Below are positions 25,941-38,004 of a DNA stretch of 64,000 bases, piece by piece. The position numbers and the translations under genes are program-made. The stretch covers positions 45,756,001 to 45,820,000 of the forward strand of contig NC_043004.1 of the NCBI RefSeq assembly GCF_006345805.1, written 5' to 3'. This DNA comes from Octopus sinensis. Taxonomy: Eukaryota. Position 1 is the first letter of the stretch. Every line of letters begins with the position of its first letter. A model generated the notes under the pieces. That model was not told where the DNA came from. It saw nothing but the letters and a program-made list of their open reading frames with translations, and ran no database searches.

Positions 25941-26844
25941 ATAAATACATAAATAAATAAATAAATAGGTAAATAGATAAATAAATAATAGCAATATTTT
26001 TGTCGATTCTCATTTTATTTGTAAGATGCCAGTCACTGTGAAACAACAAAGTAACAGAGAAAAAGAGAACAGTAAAATAAAAAAAATTAAAAAGGCATAA
26101 AGTAACATATTCCAACAGAGCATGGATAGATCTCACAGGGCGCCATTAATGTTTTCCATAAAATTGTGGATGTTTCTGTCATGTTGGCGCAAATTTGTCG
26201 GGCGAGAGAATTGGTTACGAATCGTCTGTGGTATAAGTGATACTGATACATTATTAGTGTGTGAAAAGAAGAAAAAAACATAAATAAAAGCATTGATTGG
26301 TGATAGAAATGTTTCAAATTAGCTCCTGATGCGAGCTGTCATGACTCCCTGAGATACTAATACCATTAGTGATAACAGAAACGCCAGAACATTGTCGAAG
26401 AGGCTTTATACTGCACCACTTTGTTTCTTTGTGTTGTTTTGATTTATTTCAAGCCATCCGAGAATTGATTCACTATTTTATTTTACTTATAGATCGATAA
26501 GATATGTATCGATGTTATATTGTGGGTCGAAGCGAGCTAACTTTGACCAACGCTAATGAAAACGTACATTCAATGTGGAGCGAATCAACTACAAGTATAT
26601 TGGCCGCTTTACATTGAGTAGAATCTAATGGCGTACAGAGAGGGAAAGAGGGAAAGAGAGATGCAGAGTGGGAGAGAGAGAGTGAGAGATGGAAAGAGAA
26701 ATAAGGAGATTTGAAGTTCCCTAGTTGTTTAGCTCTAGATTATTACTGGTCGAGCGAAACAATGGCTAAATGTATTTTAACCAAGACGATCTCATCGCTG
26801 CGAAAATAATTTAGGATTATTTTAACCCAATATATCCTCATTGC

Positions 26845-27068
26845 TTAACTCTTTCATTTTCAGTTTTATCCAGTCAAATCTAATTGCGTAAGTAGTCAAT
26901 GTTTTAAAAATTAATCCTACATTATTTCATAGCTTCAAGATGTCGATTATGTGATTCTTTTTAGAAAGAGATTGTAGGATAAGTGTGAGATGTTGGATCT
27001 GGCTGTTTTGGAGAAAAAAATAGAGAGAATATTTGAGCTGGATATTGCTGGTCTAAATGCAAAAGGGT
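26845..27068. mobile_element. Possible decayed piggyBac-type MITE
   Basis: Starts ttaactctttcatt and ends aatgcaaaagggt (degenerate TTAA-CCCTT termini); family recalled from memory. Confidence 0.35.
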
Positions 27069-28192
27069 CGATGGAGTTTGAAATGGTGGAGAACTAACTG
27101 ATACTTCTAGCCAGTCGGGAGACAGTGGAGAGTAGCTTCGTTGGAGATTTGAACTTCCGAAAAACCAAGACAGTATCGCTGTTTCAAATACTGAACAAAA
27201 AACATTTTTTTGTAGTTCATGACCTTGGAAAATGGAGGAACATTACAGTAAACGTTTTAATTTATTTGTATTTTTAAATACCAAATCCTCTTTACTTAGT
27301 CAAAATAAAACAATCAAAACAAAAATAAAGCATTATAAATATATGTAATGGCATGCCTTCATTATCGGAGAAAAAGTTAAATTATTTAAATCCTCCGTAT
27401 TATGAAGTTCAAAATTTGAATTCACACACAACAGCATTTGTTGAAGAAACATCACAGCTGAAATTGAATATTAATTAGAAAATGCGGCTTGTTATTAAAT
27501 CAAGAACATGTTTTTCAGTTCCCAATACAAAAAAAAAAAGAAAAAGGAATAAAATAGAACAAAAAAAAAAAAAACTACAATGTGATTTAGAGACTTTTGA
27601 TGCTTAATCATTTCCAGCCAATCGGATGAAAATAAAATACAATATGAGCGTACAGTGTTTTAGAATTTTCTTTCACGTCTAATGATTAAAATCCTTAGCG
27701 TTTATATATTATTTTATGTATAATTTTTATTATATAATTATATCATATCTTGATAATGAAATGAGAGTTCAAACACATGGATTATCAGTTTAAATATTTA
27801 AGCGCTGTTATTTATATATGTATGTTTTATATTCCTTTTCTCGGGATTTTGCAATAAAATTATGCGTTAATTTTAAAAATTTATTGGCATGCTAAACCAT
27901 TCATTATATCTATCCATATCTCTTTCTCTCTCTCAATCACACACTCTCCCTCCCTCTCTCTGCATCTATCTATTTATCTAAACATGCGTATGTGAGTGTA
28001 TAGATATAGCTATATATATATATATGTGCATATATATGTACATAGGTATATATGCATACATGCGTAAGCATATATATATATATGTATATCTATATATACA
28101 TATATATATATGATATATATAATATGTACTTATATATAACATAATACGTATATAATACATATATGTATGTATATGTATATATATATTTATGT

Positions 28193-28246
<54 letters not shown>

Positions 28247-28249
<3 letters not shown>

Positions 28250-28314
28250 CGCAGGAGTGGTTGTGTGGTAAGTAGCTTGCTTACCAACCACGGAAACTGA
28301 AAGAAGCCCGTCAG

Positions 28315-28348
<34 letters not shown>

Positions 28349-28950
28349 ATGTGTGTGTATACATGTATGCGCGTGTGTATGTTTGTCTGTCTGTGTATGT
28401 CACCCACCATCGCTTGACAACCGATGTTGGTGTGTTTAGAGACCCACGGAATAAGTAGAAGGCTTACAAAGTCCTAGGGTCGATTTGGTCGATATATATA
28501 GATAGGAGCACTCCGTCGGTTGCGACGATGATGATCCCAGCTGATACGATCAACGGAACAGCCTGCTCGTGAAATTAACGTGTAAGTGACTGAGCACTCC
28601 ACAGACACGTGTACCCTTAACGTAGTTCTCAGGAAGATTCAGCGTGACACACAGAATGTGACAAGGCTGGCCCTTTGAAATACAGGTACAAGAGAAACAG
28701 GAAGAAAGAGCGAGAGAAAGTTGTGGTGAAAGAGTACAGCAGGGTTCACCACCACCCCCTGCCGGAGCCTCGTGGAGCTTCAGGTGTTTTCGCCCAATAA
28801 ACACTCACAATGCCCGGTCTGGGAATCAAAACCGCGATCCTCCGACCGCGAGTCCGCTGCCCTAACCACTGGGCCATTGCGCCTCCACCGATTTGGTCGA
28901 TGGCACCAGTCAAATGACTGAAACAAATAGAAGAATAAAAGAATAAAAGA
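28247..28950 (+). mobile_element. SINE family A copy with internal deletions, interrupted by a family C copy
   Basis: Head aggcgcaggagtgg joined directly to ggaaactgaaagaagc; tail resumes after 28901. Confidence 0.8.
28494..28888 (-). mobile_element. SINE family C tail-1 copy nested in family A
   Basis: 13-bp TSD cgatttggtcgat at 28481-28493 and 28889-28901. Confidence 0.9.
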
Positions 28951-29348
28951 CAAGCGCACGCACACACATAGGTATATATATATACATATAGTGAGAGAGA
29001 AGAGTGAAAGAGACATTTTGGTATATGCACATGCGTATATATTGTGTCTGTATGTGTGTATAAATATATGAAATATTTTATAATTATATACATAATTTAC
29101 GCCTCACTACTCACTGCAAGAAATAGACGCTGAAGCCCCTATAAAAATTTTAAAGCCCCTTAAAATCTCCCAGAATAATAAGGGATTTAGCGTCTAATTT
29201 TTGCAATGCGATCCATTGACATAATTATGTATATAATTATAAAATATTTTACAAAATCTACCTATGAGGCATTTATTTCCGCACTGACCACCTGGTAAAA
29301 TTATTATTGATTTTACCTTTTTATTATAATTAATATTTGATTATACAT

Positions 29349-29772
29349 AAAATACAGTGTACATTTAAACACATGAGGAATCCACTCGTGGGATTCAATA
29401 CGCTAGTAAGCACAGCTAGGTTCTATAACCACAAAATTAGGGATAAAATTCGACAGGAACGCAATGAAGAAATAAAAGCAATTTACCATCTAGTATCCTG
29501 GACCAATTGGTTTCTGATTTTAGTTTAGCAAGTAAATAATATTTAAAGGGTAGGTGAAATCGTCCTCACCTAGCCTGTAAATGTTATTTACTTGCTAAAC
29601 TAAAATCAGAAACCAATTGGTCCAGGATACTAGATGGTAAAATGTTTTTATTTCTTCATTGCGTTCCTGTCGAATTTTATCCCCAATTTTGTGGTTATAG
29701 AACCTAGCTGTTCTTTCTAGCGTGTTGAATCCCACGAGTAGATCCCTCGTGTTTAAATGTACACTGTATTTT
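29349..29772. mobile_element. Fold-back palindrome, Tc1-type MITE (TA-CAGTG...CACTG-TA)
   Basis: Arms of about 209 and 207 bp around an 8-nt loop (29558-29565); about 11 substitutions and one 2-bp indel; TA at 29353 and 29767. Confidence 0.85.
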
Positions 29773-30159
29773 CTGACTAAAACATTGTCTTTGGACTAAA
29801 TATTTACATGTTAGGCGACTAGAAATAAAAATTTTAATCAATTTCCATTTCCCTTCGATATGATTTAGTGTACATATATATATCTACACACGTGAGTTTG
29901 AGTGCGTAAATGTGTGCGAGCCGGAGTAAATCAAACACACACGCACGTACACGCACGGACACACACATACTCACACATTTACATATAAATTTCGTTTCAT
30001 ATATTTGAATCATCTCACAAAAGTATACATAGATTCTGAGAGTCAAAAGATTGTATTGAACTGTGACTTGCACCAAAGTTTTCCTAGTCAAACATTAAAT
30101 TTTTCGTTTTACCTAGCGAAAAATAAGACCCATTTGAATGTTTCATGTCCTTAAGCCTT

Positions 30160-30710
30160 TTGTATTCTAGTCACAAGGACCGAAATATTTGGGGAAGGGG
30201 GACAGTCGATTAGATAAACCACAGTACGAAACTGGTACTTAATTTATCGACCCCCAAAGTATGAAAGACAAAGTCGACTTTGGCGAAATTTGAACTTAGA
30301 GCGTAAAAACAGACGAAATACCTATTTCTTTACTACCCACAAGGGGCTAAACACAGAGAGGATAAACAAGGACAGACAAGCGGATTAAGTCGATTATATC
30401 GACCCCAGTGCGTAACTGGTACTTATTTAATCGACCCCGAAAGGATGAAAGGCAAAGTCGACCTCGGCGGAATTTGAACTCAGAACGTAGCGGCAGATGA
30501 AATACCTATTTCTTTACTGCCTACGAGGGGCTACACAGAGAGGGGACAAACAAGGACAGACAACCGGATTAAGTCGATTATATCGACGACAGTTCGTAAC
30601 TGGTACTTATTTAATCGACCCCGTAAGGCAGAAATTGAACTCAGAACGTAACGACTAAATACTGCTAAACATTTCGCCCGGCGTGCTAACGATTCTGCCA
30701 GCTCGCCGCC
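30160..30710 (-). mobile_element. SINE family B head-to-tail multimer (one head, three body units)
   Basis: Unit junction gaaata|cctatttc at 30321 and 30505 (period 184); head ends at 30710. Confidence 0.85.
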
Positions 30711-31445
30711 ATTTTTATGTCTCTACTCAATCTAAAGAAAACAGTTTCTCTGTTAGGGATGTGTATACACATAATCTTCAGAATTATTTTGTAAATTAGT
30801 GGCAAATCATTCCCACCTAGATTTCCACATAAGCAAATCTAACACTGCTTCACAAATATGTATGAATACTTTAAACGCATCATTTTATATCAGATGAATG
30901 GCGTAAACTCTCTGACTACACGGCGTGTTAGAAGGCAAAAGAAACGCTAAACGTTGCTTGTTATTCTTCTTCAAGATAGCGACATCAATTAGTACTGAAA
31001 GTACATGCCTCTCGGCAAAATCCTGTCTGTTCGTAAATAAGAGTAAAAACTTGATGAAGATTCGTTTTCGTGGCTGATAACTTGATATTTTTTAAATATT
31101 ATTTTTGACGTATTCTCATCATACTTTTTCTGACGCTCTACGTTTTAGTTTATGAAATATTCCTTGTAATTTGCTTCCTTTGAACTTCTTCATAGTTTTT
31201 GACGAAATCTTTCCAAGTCATTTTTCTTTGATATCTTTCTAAGAGAATGTTCACTGATGCTTTTCTTTGAGATTTCTTTCTTGAAATTTTGTTTTTTCCC
31301 CTTTCTTCAGAGAATTTTCTAGTGTTGGAAGATTTTTCTAAGAGTTTATACAAAATGTTTCGCGTAAGCTTCTTCTGCGGCTTTCTTTTACAAAATATTT
31401 TTCTTACACACACACACGCGCCCTGTCATTCATATACATACATAG

Positions 31446-31483
<38 letters not shown>

Positions 31484-31904
31484 CAAAAACGAAAAATATA
31501 TGCATGTATATATACATACATATGCATACACATATATAAATATATATATGCATACAAGTACACACACACATGCATTTATGTATGTAAGCATGCATTATGT
31601 ATTTGTATGTATGCTGTTGTTAGAACTACGCAAGATTATTTTGTGAATGCTTCCGTGATGCTCTTCTGTGGAATATTTCTGTGAGATTATTTTATGAGTT
31701 TCCTTTCAATTGTTCATTACTATTCTTTTACAATGAGAATAATTTATGCTGGTGATATGATATATTTGACTTTTTTCGTTCCGAAAAAACTTTTCCTAAG
31801 CTATTTTAAGCTTAGTCATGAGGTCCGACAAATTTTAAGCATGGACAGTTTGCAGGTCACAATACATAAGCATGCATACTTATTTGCACACCCGTCTGTC
31901 TCTC

Positions 31905-31906
31905 TG

Positions 31907-32002
<96 letters not shown>

Positions 32003-32003
32003 A
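31905..32003. repeat. (ATCT)n microsatellite
   Basis: Direct reading. Confidence 0.95.
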
Positions 32004-32226
32004 TACAAATGCGTAACTAGGGTAAATGGTACCCATGGCAGACATCAAAATTGCGACTCGACCAAAAAGCTACGCCTGTATTTTGTGTGGTCAAGTAAGA
32101 ACATCTATTTTGTCCAGTGGTGTGGATGTCGATAGACAAAACAAACCATGTGTGAAAGGTTTCAAAAATTTTTTAATGGTTTAATTAGAAAATGATCGTG
32201 GCACTGTATATATATATATATATATT

Positions 32227-32448
32227 ATTACCCAGAAGGGGCCAAACATAGAGGGGGCAAACAAGGACAGTCAAAGGGATTAAGTCAATTACATCGAACC
32301 CAGTGCGAAACTGGTACTTAATTTATCGACCCAGAAAGGATGAAAGGCAAAGTCGACCTCGGCGGAATTTGAACTGAGAACGTATCGGCAGACGAAATAC
32401 GGCTACGCATTTCGCCCGGCGTGCTAACGTTTCTGCCAGCTCACCGCC
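32227..32448 (-). mobile_element. SINE family B copy
   Basis: Reverse of 12679-12908. Confidence 0.9.
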
Positions 32449-32491
32449 AGAAACATAGGAAAAGGAAAGACCCAAGGTAAGGAAGATGGAC

Positions 32492-32532
<41 letters not shown>

Positions 32533-32745
32533 TATATATATTCAAAATGTGATACCGTGTGTACCGTTGGCGATTTTTTTTCGTCCGTCTTCCCTTCCTT
32601 GGATCTTTCCTTTTCCTATGTTTCTGACGAAGAGCTCCGTTAAATCTTCCTTCTTTCTTTTCTTTCCTGAGCGTCCAATAATACTATACTTGTTCTACGT
32701 CCTCGCGCTGTGTTTTCTCCTTGCGTTTTCATGTTTGGATTAAAT
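32448..32745 (+). mobile_element. Penelope-like terminal fragment with a 47-bp inverted duplication
   Basis: 32448-32494 is the reverse complement of 32580-32626; followed by ctgacgaagagctc and ctgagcgtc..taatac shared with the 8550 and 58770 fragments. Confidence 0.6.
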
Positions 32746-32746
32746 T

Positions 32747-32792
<46 letters not shown>

Positions 32793-33123
32793 GACACACA
32801 CACACACACACACACACACACAACACACACACACACACATATATATACAAATATATATACATACATATATACATATATATGAAGATAAATGAAAGAATTG
32901 ATATCTCTAACAAGAATCGAACTGTGTGCCATTTGTAAATCTTATAAGCATGCTGACTACTTCAATAATGTGGCATCAAAACCGTCCGTCCAGATTTGAT
33001 ATCTTAACCTAACAAGCCACGTCTTCACGTATATACATACACGTATGTACACAGGAACAATTACGCGCACACACACAAGCACATGCACAGACGCACGTGT
33101 ACATAGTTATATACTGTTTTACA

Positions 33124-33534
33124 CTTTTACTTGTTTCAATCATTTGACGGTGGCCATGCTGGAGCAACGCCTTTAGTCGAGCAAATCGAGCCCAGGACTT
33201 ATTCTTTGTAAGCCTAGTACTTATTCTATCGGTCTCCTTTGCCGAACCGCTAAGTTACGGGAACGTAAACACACCATCATCGGTTGCCAAGCGATGTTGG
33301 AGGGACAAACACAGACACACAAATATACACACACACATACACACACAAACACACACACACACACACATGTATATATATAATTATACATCTATACGACGGC
33401 CTTCTTTCGGTTTCCGTCTACCAAATCCACTCACAAGGTTTTGGTCGGCTCGAGGCTATAGTAGAAGACACTTGCTCAAGGTGCTACGCCATGGGACTGA
33501 ACACGGAACCATGTGTTTCGTAAGCAAGCTACTT
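33124..33534 (-). mobile_element. SINE family A copy
   Basis: Reverse of 39621-40012. Confidence 0.88.
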
Positions 33535-33788
33535 TATTTCATAAAATTTGTCATATAGACAGAACAAAGATTGTGTAGCTTTGCAGGCTGGACATACACA
33601 TTAACGAATGAAAATGAAATAAAATGAATAAATGAGAGACGAAACCCAACACCCGCCGTTTAGATTTTTCTCGAAAACATATTTTCCTTTCTTTATAAAT
33701 CAATATGAGGCTTCAAATCTCTTACAAGACGTTGGCATCAAAATCTCTTACTTAACATGTTGTTTTTTTTTAAAACACACAACGAAGG

Positions 33789-34325
33789 TTATAAACCACT
33801 ACAATTAATACAATAAGATGAGGTTTCAAATCCTATAACGAGGGTCTTTCACCTCCTACACTTAGATAATCCATCGATATATTCATCATTAACTTCAATG
33901 CCGCTTGAGTTCCTGTATCCCGCCATTTCCCATGCCTCACTCATGTAGGACATGTAAGTCGTGTAAGTGCCACCCGTCTATATGCGACACTCCTCACCAA
34001 ATCCTTTAAGCCTTTCCCACAAAGGAAACCTTATGACCTCCACAGCTATCTGCGGAAGCCATTCGGGATCCTGTGTAAAGGGCATATCTACTGTCTCGTT
34101 ATATTCTTCTACTATTTTTTTCACCTCCCCGCCTTTGTAGAAAAAGATGATTAATTCATCATCTTTAAGGTTGGGGGTCGTTTCTTCAACCGTGGGTGGC
34201 ACAACGTCGGGACATGCAGACGGCACATCATCTCCTCCTTGCGATAACCCGTTCTTCTTCTTTCTTTTTTTTCTTTTCTTCCTGACTTCGGGAGAGTGGA
34301 GATCTTCCGCTTTGTCCGGAGTCTC
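33789..34325 (-). pseudogene. Decayed orphan ORF (basic stretch, unknown domain, CxxC-x12-CxxC), probably transposon-derived
   Basis: One frame of 179 codons with two internal stops (TAG at 33978, TGA at 33849): ETPDKAEDLHSPEVRKKRKKRKKK...VPPTVEETTP...FPLWERL..CRI*TGGTYTTYMSYMSEAW...KCRR*KTLVIGFETSSYCINC; GC-rich relative to flanks. Confidence 0.6.
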
Positions 34326-34833
34326 TCACCCAACTTCCGAAGCCTTAGGGTCCTACTATTGTTGCCCGCATTTTTCCTTTTTTGGGTTGAGGAGGCCTCA
34401 GCAAAAATAAAGCATTAAAATCTAGGGAATATAAGTTAATATAGGAATAAACGTGACATCACTCCAATGGTCATTGCAGTTAAAATCCTGTCAAGAGCTA
34501 TTTATTTTTTATTTATTTTTATTTTAATTTAATTGGAATCTTATATTTTTCCAGTAAAGATATATTATAGTTTATTAAAATTATTCTCAAAGCTAAAATA
34601 TATATTCACAGATAAAATACATACTTCTGTCTATTTACACTATCTTCTTACCTTAGGTTTTTAACATGATAAATGTATTATAGATACCTGGTCCTACTTT
34701 TTAAGCTTTAAATTTAGATAATGGAGTTTCTTCTATGAGAGAAATCATGTTTTTATTTCTTTGAGAAATAGTGTTTAATTATATTTGATTACTTATTAAA
34801 ATATGTATTTATTTAACTATTATTATTATCCTT

Positions 34834-34935
34834 GACCTGAGGAGTGACTATACTTTTAAATTGAATTGTTTGGGGATTAAATTTGAATTTAATTGCAATT
34901 CGAATTGAAGTTATAGCCACGAAACGTACGTAGTC
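34834..34935 (+). ncRNA. Type I hammerhead ribozyme motif
   Basis: gac|CTGAGGA (34837-43)|helix II gtgactata...tatagccac with G10.1-C11.1|GAAA (34921-24)|helix III AC-gtac-GT|H17=A (34932)|gtc closing a 3-bp helix I; all core positions canonical. Confidence 0.78.
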
Positions 34936-35167
34936 TTATTATTTATATAATGTTTATTCATAATTATGTACTTTTCGTGATCTAGATATGTGTTTTATAA
35001 TATATTTTATTTTTTCTATATGATATGTTTTCTGTCTATTATTGTTTGAGTTACATAATAGTAGTTTTTTTCTAATTTATCTATATATTATCTATTTATT
35101 TTGTGAAATTTGATTTAATACTAAATAGAATTTTTCCCTGTAAGTTTGGAGATATATTTCCTAATAT

Positions 35168-35221
<54 letters not shown>

Positions 35222-36354
35222 ACATACGTATATACATCATCCATGTATACACATACATACACAAATATATGTATATATGCATTCATGTATATTGAAAATC
35301 ATAGGTACTGAAATAAATATGCTTGCCTTTAATAGGTCATCACCTGGAAGTGCAAAATTAAAACCCTCATTTCGGTACAAGCTGGCAACGTATGCACATA
35401 TGCATATTGACTTTACAAGATGACATATTCCATGGATTCCACAACTGAATGAGATTTTGTTGGCTGTTAAAAGAAAAGTGACAGTCCCTCTTTTAATAAA
35501 TACAAGAAAGAAAAAATATGTTTTCTTTCCCGTAAATTCGACATCGGTGAAATAAGCACGAAGAAGTCAGTGACGAAATAACTGATCCTTCTAATATATA
35601 GATATATATTAAACAAAAAAGAAAGAAAGAAGTGTAAAACTAGCGTTTTTTCGATTATATTGTTTTGTCGCTTTATAAGTTTACATATTCAACCTTACTT
35701 TTGTTCTATTAGTGGCCAAATAGTGTTCTCTTGGTGGCCAAATAAGTGGAAAAGCTCATATTCAGAACCTTTTTTTGTATTTTCTCTCAACTCAGTGGTT
35801 CAGCAAAAGAATAAGCATCAGGCTTAAAAACAGAACTGATGTCGATTCATTCAAACTAAAATTCCTTCAAGGTGGTGCCCCAGCATGGCCGCAGTCTAAT
35901 GACTGAGACACGTTAAAGACAGATCTATAGGACAGAAATCTGTACGTGTTAAAACTTGAGTTATTTTTATGTGCCAGATAACATTTTTTTTTTCTTCAGA
36001 GATCGTATTCAGATAGAATCAACATTAATATTCATAACCTCTAGGTCAATAAAATAATCATGAATGAAATGAATTTTATATTTTATGAATTGCTTTGAAA
36101 GACGCAAAATATTTAAAAAAAAGCATGAATTTTAGTCATTTTTTTATGACAGCAAAATATGAGTAGATCAAGCAGTAGCAGATTAAACTGAACACTATTG
36201 AATATTTAGCAAAGAAAACCAGTAGGACTCCGAAGTGACATGGAAGGAATCTCTCGGTGATAATTTTCTGGCTGGAAATATGAACCAAATTCTACCAGAT
36301 ACATCCTATAGTCATATATAGAACAACGATACATTGGACAACGTATTGTTATCA

Positions 36355-36619
36355 ACATACATACATACGTACGTACATACATACAGACATACGTACATAC
36401 AAACATACAGACAGATATATAGAAATACATACATACATGCATAATACATACATCCGTACATACATACATACATACATACATAATATATGCATACATACAA
36501 ACATACATACATACTTACATATATGGATACACACACACAACTGAAAAGCATCTGATCATACGTCAACAGAATGAAAGATGATACAGTAGAGACATCTACA
36601 TCATTAACAGCAACAACAG

Positions 36620-36655
<36 letters not shown>

Positions 36656-36660
36656 ATACT
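36355..36660. repeat. (ATAC)n and (ACT)n microsatellites
   Basis: Direct reading. Confidence 0.9.
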
Positions 36661-36984
36661 AGGACCTGAGGAAAATAGTTTTGGTATCTTGGTCAAGAAT
36701 TTCATGAACAAATATCTAAGCCCGTATAAGTTTAGAAAGCATCAATAGAAGCAAATTCTCAGTTGCTAAGTGCTGAATCATTTGAATCGTTTGAGCATCG
36801 GCTAAATTATCTCTCGCAAAGTTTTCTGATACTGTGAGTTCAATTCCTATCATGGTTCACTTTGCTTCTTCATATTTTGGGGTCGGTGAAAACAATATCT
36901 GTCAAGCGCGCAGCAGTTTTGGAATCACCGTAAGAACGTCAGACCGGTAGTATCTGTTCCGGTGCTATACGTTTTGAGTTCAAA

Positions 36985-37217
36985 CCTATTTCTTTACTAC
37001 CCACAAGGGTCTAGATACAGAGGGAACAAACAAGGACAGACAAACGGATTACGTCGGCTATATCGACCCCATTTCAGAAGTGGTACTTATTTAATCGACC
37101 CCGAAATGATGAAAGGCAAAGTCGACCTCGGCAGAATTTGAACCCAGAACGTAACGGCAGACGAACTACGGCTACGCATTTTGCCCGGCGTGCTAGCGTT
37201 TCTGCCAGCTCGCCGTC
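36985..37217 (-). mobile_element. SINE family B copy inserted into an older SINE
   Basis: 15-bp TSD tttgagttcaaacct at 36973-36987 and 37218-37232. Confidence 0.88.
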
Positions 37218-38004
37218 TTTGAGTTCAAACCTGACCACTGCCTACTTGAGTGGAAGACTTAATCTAACATCAGGCTTAAACGCACAATCTAGATTCTTGT
37301 GTGTCTCTAGTGTAGTTCACTAAGAATTCAGTCCAGATCAACAGTATGTGGGTACTTTCCTCTCACCCACTCACCCTGCTCGGATGTCCTGTAAAGAGAC
37401 ATGGACACTGACTTCAGCATTGCGAAGTAAAAGAGATAATTAGAAAACGTGTTACTCGGAGCGTGATAATTAGCGTCTTGTCTCGGTGTATATACATAGT
37501 CAATTTGTTATCGCAAGCCTCATGGGTATAATTGTATTCCGGCTTAGAATTTTGTAGAGCTCGATCTGATATCACCGATGTTGATAATGTGAATGCAATA
37601 CAAAGAAAAATAGTTTCAGTCGACAATATATTTTTTCCCTTTATAAAAAGAAAAAAAAAAATTCATGCGTCTACAGGAAAAAAAAATCATTATTTAGACA
37701 TTTCTTTCTTTCTTCAGATTCATTCAACTCGGCAATAGTTTATTTCTCATTTTTTGTTTAAAGAAAGGAAACAGAAAAACAAACAAGAAAAAAAAAAGAA
37801 AAACAAACAAAGCGTGTCCAACGAGTTCTATTTTAGTAAATTTAGATCATAGATTGGTAATTTAAAAGAAGTTATCGTTCATCATCAACCCCCATAACAG
37901 TTGCTAAGCAAAACAACTGAATATACAAAAACAAATCAATATGGTTACAATTGTTACACAAAAAAGAGAGACAGAAGTGTGTTTTGTTTCATTTTTAGAA
38001 ATAA

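Noticed and set aside
26087-26317. GC-richer island with open frames on both strands
   Set aside because: Several frames are equally plausible and none has a convincing splice pair or motif
26322-26392. Hammerhead-like ctgatgc...gaaac
   Set aside because: A9 is absent, and there is no closing helix II pair or cleavage triplet
29112-29208. CACTG-ended mini inverted repeat (CACTA-like)
   Set aside because: Arms are short and degenerate and there is no TSD
30160-30710. CRISPR-like repeat array
   Set aside because: Units are 184-bp SINE bodies without unique spacers, in a eukaryotic context
31150-31413. Lysine/arginine-rich minus-strand ORF
   Set aside because: Product of purine/pyrimidine strand skew; low complexity
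34410-35170. Possible mitochondrial insertion (very AT-rich, TGA-rich frames)
   Set aside because: No recognisable mitochondrial protein, tRNA or rRNA motif under the invertebrate mitochondrial code; the hammerhead explains the structured part better
37414-37640. Minus-strand ORF with a hydrophobic start (TETIFLCIAF...)
   Set aside because: Acceptor is a poly-T run, donor is weak, and there is no homology cue
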